Source: Mobula birostris
Lineage: Eukaryota
Direction of reading: 5' to 3'
Length of the DNA: 64,000 bases
NCBI RefSeq assembly: GCF_030028105.1
Contig: NC_092375.1
Span: forward strand, 44,801,130 to 44,865,129
Positions 13,901 to 25,900 of this stretch are shown here, piece by piece. Each line of letters opens with the position of its first letter. Positions within the stretch are counted from its first letter, which is position 1. Below the pieces are notes generated by a model. The model saw only the letters and a program-made list of their open reading frames with translations, was not told where the DNA came from and did not search any database. A program made the position numbers and the translations under genes.

Positions 13901-16900
13901 TAAAGACCATCAGCAGCTCAATATTGGCAGCTATCCAATCTGAGTTAATAAGTGCGTATATAAAGCTTACTTTTGAAAGGTGTAGCCTGGAGCTTAAATG
14001 TTATAGCACTTTAAAAATTCAGTGTACTCCTTCTGGTTAAACCAGAAAGTACCATTGAAGATGAAACTGATCACAGCAGCAGCTGAAGTCTGCTGAGGTT
14101 TAATAGCAGTGAATCACACTCCATTAATATAATACTTGTGTTTCATCAAAGGTCAGAGTCTCTAACTTCAACAGATAATCTACATCCAAGACCACTTCCT
14201 CTATAATTAACCTGTCTGATGCATTGTTGTTCCTTATGATCTTCAGCCACTCCCATTATTAGTCAGAGTCACTGCAAGCTGGTCGCTGGTTGCTACCCAA
14301 AGGAGCAATTCAGCCACAAGCAGGGAACAATAGGAAATGTTTAGAATGTAGTTTAATAAATATAAAAATATAGTTAATGATGTCAACAAGGTCTTTAACG
14401 TAACTGCTCATGGCTGCTTATACTGGTCTCCAGAATGACATCCAATACAACTAACATATATACATTCTTGTTTATGACCTGCTTTGTTGTAATTTAGCAA
14501 AAAATCAAAGCAGAAAGCTTTGACTGAACTGATAAATGTTGCTGCCTGTCCAGGTGACCAATTCATGTTTTCAAATAACACAAATTTCTGATTCATGTTA
14601 TTTGAAAAAGAAAAATTTTTTGGAAAAAGCTGATGGCGATTTGGTGTAAGAACTGCAGGGCAGGTATCAGTATAAATAATCAGGTACTAATGAGGTTAGT
14701 AAAACCATGCACCAAGACACTCTTCTGTAAATCCTCAAAGATATCCAAGGATTGGTGAAGCATCATATCATACTGAATATGATACAAGGATCTGATCTGA
14801 AAAACAGAGACTCTATGAGTGTGTTTCTTGAGTTGCTAACCACTTCATGATGGACTACCATTGTGAATCAGTATGTAAGGCTGCACATAATTGATCCCTG
14901 ATGCCTTTAGCTCTGTTCAAATATCATTGTCGAACAGCCAGAGGGTTGTCCTTTTATTTCCAGAATCTAGCTTTTGTGGGTAGGTAGGAAACAACAAAGT
15001 AAGGTCAGTTTCCTCTTGGGTAGCTACAAATTCAATAGGAATTGATCCTGAGATGAACATACTCTCTGAAAAAGAACTAAAAGGGAGAAACATCTAGTGG
15101 AGAGTCTTGGAAGAAATAAAACAAATAAGAAGGAATGAGAGAAATTAGGAGATAGTAGTTGGGGGGAGGTGGGTTCAGAGGTGATGGTATATGGGGTAGA
15201 TCCATATTCTTGGTGCAGGAAGGTTAGGAAGCTCAAACAGGGCTTATAAATGTTGCACCAACCCCCAGATGCAATTTAAGCTGGTGTAGCTTGAAGATAC
15301 TCTGGGTTTTATATTCCGCAGCCAAACCTGACTTCTTGCCCTGTAAGTGAGTGCGGCCCCCATTAGAGGGATCAGTAGTGCCGGTATCTCACCAGAATCT
15401 ACTAATAACCCTATTCCGAGATTTATGAGAAATATAATTGCTTTCCTTATATGGCCTGAGCTTGAACTTCTCACAGATTTTCATCCTGGTGTCAAAATTT
15501 TCTTCCAGTGATGAATTTTGAGTTAATAACTGAAAATGAACTGAGACTTGGTAGTCATAAAATCTTTCACAGTATGATTTTACCATGCTGAGATCATATT
15601 GGAACATCATTATGTGCTGCAAAGAGTTTAACCACACAGGTTTATCTAGCACTTTACAAAACTGTAGTTGTAAAAGGAAATGATCCTTACCCATGCTTTT
15701 AACATTCACTGTGCTATTTTTGGTTTGTTTTTCAGTCAGTGCCTGCCAGGTCTTGTCTGGGTCTTGGATCCACTCTATACTGCGGCAGTAAAACTGCCCC
15801 TGCTCGGACATCTGCAGCTTGTGGATAGTGAGCCTGTACGAAGTGGCCCCAACCTTGTCCAGTCGCACATCTCCCTGTGCCCATCTTTGCTTATATAATT
15901 CTCCAGCACTTAGGACGAAATCTCTTGTCAGAGAGATAACTCTGATATTCTGACCATCTTTCTGTAGGTACCATGAGACGGACACATGTGTGTGGTACGT
16001 TGTTTCTTTAGATACTTCACAGACCAGTTCCAAAGGATCACCTTCTACTTTATTTATGACTTGAGGTACCAATGTTGCACTGAGCGTGTCTGGAATAACT
16101 ATAAAAATACATGTTTTAGCATGGTTTGCAGACTCCACACCGAGTAGACAAAGTTCACATACAATAATTCAGCAGTTCCATGATCTTCTCTCTCTCACTT
16201 AGAGACATTGATAAACCAGCCAGTTTTTCCATTCTGTAAATTCCTAAATTGGACATGAATCCTACCCCTGGAATTCTGAGGATTCAGAATGTGTGTGAGG
16301 GGGAAGATGATGGGAGACGATGGGAGATGATGGGAGATGATGGGAAAGTGTGTGCTCTGGTTGAATAGTACACCAATGCTGTTGAGCTAAATTTTCCACT
16401 AATGCCATTCAGGAAAAGAAACCAGCTGACACCAATTTGCTTGACCTGGAGCTTTCCTCAGCAGGTCCACTGAACTACGAATGAATGTTTCAGGAAACCT
16501 ATGACAGCCTTCTCAGGTTTCTGATAATGCTCTTAACTGCAAACAATTTCTTACAATTCCCATTAAATTCAAGCACACAGCATTTGGTGTGGCAATTTCA
16601 GACAACTTCCACTCCAACCTGGGAACAAGGAAACTAAGAGACCTCAGCAACAAAGAAAATGCTGGAGGAACTGAGCAAGTCAGGCAGCTTCTGGGTGTTT
16701 GTGGGTGGGGACGGAGAATAGGCAGCTGATGTCTTAAGTCAAGGCTCTTCATCTGGACTGAGAGTTAGAGGGGAGACAGACAGTATGAAGGGGTGGAGCG
16801 CGAGCTGGCAAGTGATAGATGGATTCAGTTGAGGAAGGGTGATAGGCAGATGGAGGAGGAAAGAGTAGAAATAATGCCTGAGGTTGGGAAGAGTTAACTA

Positions 16901-19900
16901 GAAGCGGCAAAGGGCTTCAGGTGACAGAATCTAGTGAGAAAGGAAAGTGGAGCAGGGAGTCAAACTCGGTAGGTGCGGTGTTGATATAGGAATAGTGAGG
17001 GGAAGGGGACCCTGTGAGATGGAGTTGGTGATAGAAAGGAAAGTAACAGGATAATTTGGAGACTGGGGTGGGTGTAAGAAGAACTGGGTAGATCTGGAGA
17101 AGAGAGATAATGGATGTGGGGGGAGGGGGAGGAATGTTTATCAGAATTTGGCAACTTCAACTTTCATGCCATTTAGATGTAGACTACCAGACAGAATATG
17201 TAGGAGGGTTAGGGCGGTAGGCGAGCAGCAGTCAGTAAGTCTCCTAGCCAGTTAGAAAATAGAAGAGAAGGAAGAAGATTGCAGAAGATCTACCAACAAG
17301 AATATAGATCAGGATTTCCCAACCTTTTTTAATGCAATGGACCCCTAATATTAACCGAGGGGGTTCATGGGCCCCAGGCTGGGAACCCCTGATGTAGAAA
17401 ATATAGCATTTCTAAAATAGGAGACTGATGCCAAAGAACTGGTGAATTGCAAGCACTATTACTCTGTCCTTAAAAATTAAAGAATCAATACATTAGAAGC
17501 TGACCAGCCTAACGTTGGTAGTAGATAAACTTCGAGATGTTGGAAGCAATTGGGTTAAAAATAAAATCCAGAATGGATTCTTAACAGAAGATAGCACTTG
17601 ACTTCAAATCTTTGGACAGAAGTGTGGTACGGATAGTGTGGCTATCCTTGTGTAAGTGGAGTTTCTAAAAAAATTTATTAAAGTCCCACAGATAAGATTG
17701 AAAGGGAAGCAGCTACATGGATATGAAATTGAGTCAGCTGTAAAAAAAACAGAAAGTAAAAGTCAAATGTTACTTTTCAGAATGGAGGGACGTAGGTAAT
17801 GGATCTCCCAGCATTCAGAGTTGGAACCATTGTTTTGTTGGTATCTATAATGACCTGGCCTGGGGTATAATGAATGTAAATAAAATGTAGAATTTTGCAG
17901 TTATACTCCATATCAATAACACAAAACATTTGTTCAAAGATGAGGATAAGGGCAAACTGGTGAAATAGCAAATAAAATTCAAAGGGGAGAATTATGAATT
18001 GAATCACGTGGTAGAATAAATGAGGAGGGTCAATGTTAATTAGGAGTCACAGTTTAAAAAGGAATGCTTGGAGAGGACACCAGTGAATGCTTGTGCATTG
18101 ATTTCAGTAGGGTGCTAGGAATGGCATACAAGATCCTGACCTGGGAGATGGATTAATAAGATGGAATATGGACCTTGGATATGGGAAATAAGTAAACATC
18201 TATCATAAAAGATCCCCATCACCCAGGACATGCCCTCTTCTCATTGTTGCTGTCAAGGAGGAAGTACAGAAGCATGAGGGCACACACTCAGTGATTCAGG
18301 AACAGTTTCTTCCACGCCACCATCAGATTTCTGAATGACCCATGTACACTACCTCACTCTATTTTTCCCTCCTTTTTTGAAATTACTTATTTAATTTTTA
18401 AATATATTTCTTATTTGAATTTATAGTTTTTATTTTTATGTATTGCACTGTACTGCTGCTGCAAAACAACAAATTTCATGACACATACCAGTGATATTAA
18501 ACCTGATTTTGATTCTGTCCTTGAAAATTCCAGATACTTGGCTTCTTGATTCCCTGAGGAAGGTCCATGGTGCAGTATGTCTCAACCAGTCTCTGGACTT
18601 GGAACTATATCACTAGTCCATCAGCGTTTCTGGGTCTAATTTCCTCCCTAACAGGATTGTAGGAGCACTTTCAGCAGGAGAAATGAAATGGTTCAGGATC
18701 AAAATTTTCTTATGGGCAATTGGGATTGGAAATAAGTTCCTAACTTGTCAACAACACCCAGAATCCAGAAAAAAGAAAATAAAAATGATGAACTGCCTCT
18801 TCATGAAGTGCATATTTGTGCTGAAGTATTACAGAAGTGTCATCGACGATTGACGTTATTGATGTGGCCCCAAGTCAGCATGAAACGTTTAGTCAGTACA
18901 TGGAGGACCACACTCAGTGTTCCAAAATGCAGAGCATGCCTAACCTTATTACTGATCATTTTTCAGACTTACAAAATAAAAGTGAATGGTGCTTGTAGAT
19001 CACAAGCAAGAGAAAATCTGCAGATGCTGGAAATCCAGAGCAACACACACAAAGTGCTGGAGGAACTCAGCAGGCCAGGCAGCATCTATGGAAAAGAGTA
19101 CAGTCGACGTTTTGGGCCGAGACACTTCATCAGGACTGGAGAAAAAAAGATGGGGAATCAGAGTTAGAAGATCGGGGGAAGGGAGGAAGAAATAAAAGGT
19201 AGTAGGCGATAGGTGAAACTGGGAGAGGGGACAGGTGAAGTAAAGAGCTGGGAAGTCAAATGGTGAAAGAGCTAAAGGGCTGGAGAAGGTCTGATGTCCA
19301 GAAAGGAACAGAGAACTTTGAGGCCTTCCTGATGGGGGAATGGAGGTGTATAGGATCTTGTCATTCATATTGAATGTAAGATGACCAGGGACAAAGGACT
19401 TGAAATCATTGAAAAGATCAAGATCATGTGAAATGTCATGGTTGTAGCTAGGAAGGGACTGAACCAGTGGGTATAAAACAGAGACAAGGTACGCAGATAT
19501 AAGTTTGGTGGGGCAGAAACAAGCAGGCAGGTTTGTGCATCTTGAGTAGGAGGTTGAAACCGGAGATGCGGGGTGAGGGAACTATGAGGTTTGTGGCAAT
19601 GGATGGGAGATCACCAGAGTTAATGAGGTCAGTGATGGTGTGGGAGACAATGGCCTGGTGCTCCTTAGTGGGGTCCTGTTCGAGGGGTGAGTAAAAGTAG
19701 CTGTCTGACAGTTGTTGCCCGGCCTCAGCAGAATAGGGGTAGGTCAGTCTGCCGGACCACTACAGCACCCCCCTTATCTGCAGGTTTGATGGTGAGGCGC
19801 AGGTAGATGTTGCCTCATGCAATGGTCTTTCTAGTCTATTATCCCTGGGGTTTAATCCTACTGAGGCGTTTACCATCACTCACTGGGACAAGGAGAGTTG

Positions 19901-22900
19901 CAATCAACAATGAAGGTTAATCCTATTCTTATTTTGCTTGAGATGTTTACTTATTTGATTTAGTGATCAGTGAATGTGCTTGTTTTTTCCTACATTTCCG
20001 CAGAACTCATAAATAAATCATACTTCCTTATTAGCAACTGACCTGCATTTTACATGATGTATTGCTTCTTGCTTAGTGGGATTTAAAACATTTAATAGAT
20101 TACCCAGTGTTGCACTTTAACATGCTGACAGTTTTTATAATAGTAAATTGTGCCTTGTTATGAAGCTCTGATTTAAAAGTTCTGATTTACAGATTATAAG
20201 CACATTCACAGATGATGCCTGACCTGCTGAGTGTTCTTCAGCATTTACCATTTAATTTCATTATGAAATATTGGGCTTCATGCTTTTTTAAATTCTGTAC
20301 ATGAGAACATTTCATGGAGTGTATTGCAGTTGGTGTTTAAAACAATGTTTATAACCCCATATTATTTGCATTAAAATAGGATTTGTTATGATGTGCTAAA
20401 ATTTGGATTTCTTTTATTTCAGTTATACATTGATGTATAGTTAATTAGCGGCAAATGTCTTGCTGAATGGGATGGTTATTTATAGTACAGCTGGAGAGAA
20501 AGTAGAACTCACCTGTCAAATTCACGAATGCACTATAGGTTCCCCAGTATATACTGTCGGTGTTGGGAGTGTAACACTCGTACTGTCCTTCATCAGTTTT
20601 CTGCAGATTAGTTATGTGTAACTGCGCAGAGTCACTTCCGATTCTCTCTATGTAGATCTCCTTAGCCGCCACTCTGTCTTTGTACAAGGCATAAGTGTAG
20701 TCGGAATCTTGAGTGCTGATAATTTGGATTTGAAATTTAGGTTTATTTGGAAGGGTGATAGACCACTCAAAGTTCTGCTCTTGAGACTGCTGCGTTCCGC
20801 TCACAGTGCACTGAATCGTTATGTGACGTCCTTCAGCTCGAATTAGGGGTCCTTCCTGTAATTTCACCAGCCTTTGAGCAGTGCACAGATCTGTACCAAG
20901 AAATAAACGAGAGGTAACTCAGCTCATTTCTTCTCAAAATTTGACAAAATCTTTCAAAGTAGAATTTTATTCTAATAAGCAAGAGAATGAATTATCCGAT
21001 ACAGTTTGATATAATTGTTACTTTGAATAAGTTCTGAAACAATTAAATGAACTCAAGTCCAAACAATCAGGAATAACCTCTCTGACCCCCAGCCCCTCAC
21101 TTGTGTATTGCCTCCCCCCACTCCCCTCCCCCAACCAACCAGCTCTTGCTCCAGCCCTTCCTTCTTCCTTTTTATATTGGCTATCTGCTTCCAGTCCTGA
21201 TGAAGGGTCTCAACCCAAAATGTCAACTGTCCATTTCCCCCCCATAGGCGTTGCCTGACACACCAAGTTCTTCCACCTGCAAGAGAGAATCTGCAGATGC
21301 TGGAAATCCAAGCAACACAAAATGCTGGAGGAACTCAGCAGGCCAGGCAGCATCCATGGGAAAAAGCACAGTCGACGTCTCGGCCCATTGATGCTGCTTG
21401 GCCTGTTGCGTTCCTCAGCGTTTTGTGTGTGTTGTTTGGAGTTCCTCCACCTTCCCTGTTTTGATCCAGATTTCCAGCATCTGTAGACTCTCGTAAGTGC
21501 ACAATTTATTTTATTGCTGATCACTAAATATTCACCTGTGCAGTGGTATTGTTGAGCACCGAACAAAGATTAACTTAAACAACAGGAATTCTGCAGATGC
21601 TGGAAATTCAAGCAACACACATCAAAGTTGCTGGTGAATGCAGCAGGCCAGGCAGCATCTCTAGGAAGAGGTGCAGTCGACGTTTCAGGCCGAGACCCCT
21701 CGTCAGGACAGACGTTTCAGACCGAGACCCTTCGTCAGGACGAAGGGTCTTGGCCTGAAATTTCGACTGTACCTCTTCCTAGAGATGCTGCCTGGCCTGC
21801 TGCGTTCACCAGCAACTCTCATGTGTGTTGCAAAGATTAACTTAAACTGGACTGAAAAATTCTTATTTCATAACAGCTATGTTTAAGCAAGCATTAGAAT
21901 ATGGTGACAAATAATTTTGCTATTTGAGTAGACTGGAGAAATTGAGTTTGTTTCAGACACTGGAGAAATATGGGACAAGTCTTACATAATGAAAATACAG
22001 AGAAATTGAAGGGGTGGTAACAGGGATACAGGTAAAAGAAATACTGACTACATGAGGAAAAATGTCTTGCGTTACAAGTGATTAGGTTTTACAATCAACT
22101 GCACAAGGTAGTGAATAATGAGTCAATAGTACTTGTTGAAAGGGAATTGCACAAGTACATTATAGATTAAGAATTATGGTGATATAAGAATGATAAGGGA
22201 AACAAAAGTACTTGGGATTCTTTTCAAAAGTCCTGCTCAGATTGATGAAGTGAATAGACCTCTTTTGTGCTACACTATGCACCCGTATGATTTCATCATA
22301 TGCTGTGATAACAAAATCTTTCAATTTGTGTATTGGAAAATTGACCAATGGCTGTTAAAAATTGGCCTAGCCTGAAACATTAGCTGTTTACTCTTTCCTA
22401 TAGATGCTACTGGCCTGTTGAGTTCCTCCAGCATTTTGTGAAGTGTTTTAACTGATGTACAAAAAAAATCACAGAAGGGAATTTTGTCAACCAGTTGTTG
22501 GAAACTGCAGATATGATATGGAGGACATCTTGTGTTTGTGGCTAAACTTGCCAGCTGGCTGATTCAGGGTTTACTAAGGACTCTTACTGAGTAGATCGGG
22601 GTGAGGCAACTGATTGACCTATTATGTGTAAAACGTGCTGAAACTGGAATTTCCTGCCACAAGAGCAGACTGACTGACACATTGATTAACCTTAGGAGAG
22701 GAAGTGGCTGTCAAGAAGCTGACACTCATTGGCTGAAGTGATAGAAAAGTCTTAAATGGTTATATTGCTGAGGTCAAAAATTTATAAAGAAATTGATGGA
22801 AAATTATATCACAACATTCAGGGATAGACTAATTAAAACTTGGCAATAATCAGTATCGTTTAAAGTATGGTAGCAAAATGTCAAATGTACTTTTATTCAT

Positions 22901-25900
22901 ACATAGCCCTGATTTTTCCTTCCTTGAAACAGATTTACTGGATAAACATCACGCACACAGAAGCATCGTATGCAGGTAAATGATAGCATTTATTAAGTGA
23001 AATTCAAGTTGAATTATTTAGAATTAAATTGACATTGATAGGTTTGGGGAAAAAGCATTGCACTTTCCTCAATGGTCTGCTGATCTCAGGTGGAGGCAAG
23101 GTTGCAGAAGTCTTGCAGCTGAGGTTTAGCATCTGATCTGTCTTTTGAGTGGTACACTTAGAAACCACTTCCCACTCCAGCAACTGTCAGCTTAATGAGT
23201 AACTGCACCAACTACATTTAGCAGAAATTGAAGCAAAGTTCTGTCAATCATTAACACAAGAGATTCTGCAGATACTGGAAATCCAGAGCAACAGACACAA
23301 AAGGCTGGAAGAACTCAGCAGGTCAGGTATCATCCACGGAAAGGAATAAACAGTTGGTGTTTTTGGCTGAGACCCTTTCATCAGGACTGGAAAGGAAGGG
23401 GTCAAAGCCAAAATAAAAAGGTGGAGGGCGAGGGGGGAGGAATACCAGGTAAGTGGTGATAGGTGAAGTCAGGTGGATGGGGGGAGGGGAATGAAATGAG
23501 AAGCTGGGAGGTGAGAGGTAGAGAAGGTAAAGGGCTGAAGAAGGAATCTAATAGGCGAGGAGAGTGGACCATGGGAGAAAGAGACAGAGAAGAGGCACCA
23601 GCGGGAGGTGATAAGCAGATGAGAATTAGAAAAGAGGTAAGGGGGAGCCAGAGTGGGGAATGGGAGGTGCTGGGGGGAAACTACCAGAAGTCAGCAAAAT
23701 CAGTGTCCATGCCATCAGATTGGACGCTATTCAGATGGAATATAAGGTGTTGCTCTTCTAACTTGAGATTGGTCTCACTGTGGCAGTAGATGAAGCCATG
23801 GGCCAGCACGCTGGAATGGGAAAGGGGATTGGAATTAAGATGGTTGGCCACTGGGAAATCTTCCTTGATGTGGATGGAGCAAAGGTGCTCAGCAAAGCGG
23901 TCCCCTAATTTATGTCAGGTCTGATATAGAGGAGGCCACATTGGGAGGCTGAATTCTGTCAGTCATTGCTGTCATTCAATTGTTTCTCATCAAGAGATAA
24001 TTGTATAGAATTAAGTAATTTAATAAGCATATAAAATTTTCAAACTAAAATGTGTATATTAAAGTGAATCTAGCTGATATAAAATCAACAGTGTTTATTA
24101 AATAAAGAATGAAAAAAAACTACATACATTTTATCAAGCACATAAATGGTGTCAATGTTAACATACCAGCCAAGTCTAACATGAAGATAGAAGCCAGAAA
24201 CAAAGCCTATCCCTGCCCCAGCTGGAATGACAGAGCTCCACCACTGGCCTCAGTACCACGTCCCGTGGTGGTGGGAGGTCAGATGTTCCACCATCTAACC
24301 TTGGGCACATTCTGGTTGGTGCCCTGCGCTGACCCTCAAAGGGGACCTCACCACCCATTCTCCTCTGAACTGTCAATAGAAGATAAACATCTTTCGTCCT
24401 TGTGTAATGAAGGGAGAATGGTACAACTAAAAGCACCAGCAATAAAACTCTATGTTTAAAAGAAAGAACCCAAGCCAATCTCAAGATTTTCAAAACCAAT
24501 CTGGCAATTTGAATAACACAGAAATTTTTCAGGAGTATCTTAGGCTATCAATTTTAACTGAATTGCTGTGTATCAAATGCATTTGATGAAGAGTGAGGAG
24601 GATAATTTATATAAACTCCTTTGATATTTAATAAATGAACAGTGTTAGAAACCCAGTCGTTATACAGATTGGAGTCTAGAGCCCACTGGCACTCTAAGTT
24701 ATTATGAGCCTCATCATTATGAACTCATTGAGCCAGCTGCTCACCTTTTTCTGAGTTCAGTCCTGGGATGTTTGATTGATAAGGTTCATTTGCTACAGGG
24801 GGATGTTCATTCCTCTGAGCTCTCTCTTCTGCTTTCTGGTAAATTTACTCTATACATTATGGAATAGCAATCTTAAATATTACCTCTATAAGAAACAAGA
24901 ACATGTGTCAACCATATGTTCCTTTAGCCTGCTTTGCCAATTAATACTATCATAGCTGTTAAGATCCTGATTTCAGCAATACCTTCCTGCCAGTTCCTAA
25001 TAATCTTTGGCTCCCCTGTGTTCAAAGATCTGCCAGTCTCAGTCTTGAAGTACATTTCAGCAACTCTGCCACCTCAGCTCTCAGGGAAGGGTTTCCAAAG
25101 ACCCACAAGCCTTGGAGAAAAATAAAATCCTCCTTGTCTGTCTTAAGTGGTGACTCTTCATTTTGAAACGGAGCTCCCAATACACCAATGATAGGAGCAT
25201 CCAATCAGTACCTGTCGCATCAGCACCTTTCAGAATCGTGTACGTTTCATTATTAGCTATCATTCTTCTAAACTGACAAGTACACACCCATACTGCTCAA
25301 CCTTTCTGTGTACAACAGCTCTTTCTCTGTACAGCCTTTAAATTCTGTTTAACCGAAGAGAACAGAACAAATGGTGAGATGTGGTCTCGTCAATCTGCTG
25401 CTCAGTAGCAGTAAGATTTCCCTAAACTTATATTCCATTCTGCTTGTAACAAAAACCAATGTAACCCTATCCTTCCTAATTGTTGTAATCTGCTAACTTT
25501 CTGTACAAGGTGAGCTAGACCTAATGTGCAGCTGCAGTGAGTGAACAATGCTTCTCAATAGTTTCTACCAACGTGGATAACCTTCAAATTCCCCACTATT
25601 ATACCTCATTTACTAGATTTGTCCCTCCCACTTAACCTGCCTATATCCCTTTGTGTACCCTTCTGTGCTCTCCTCACAATTTGCTTTCCCACCTTGATTT
25701 CAAAGAGTTGTACACTAAAATGACACAGGAGGCAGGAGGGAGAAGGGATTTTAAATTTTAATGACATGAACTACGACCCCACACCAAGACATACGTACCT
25801 GATACACTTGTTAGCCAATCTCATTCACCACAGTCTGCTCCTCATCCATGACCTTTCACCCCAATGTCCCACTTGCTGCCTTCCTGGTTAATGTGATCCT

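Noticed and set aside
15389-15690. C-terminal extension of the 249-aa ORF beyond Ig domain 2
   Set aside because: A strong GTAAGG donor at 15690 ends the exon exactly at the domain boundary; the extension is AT-rich intron.
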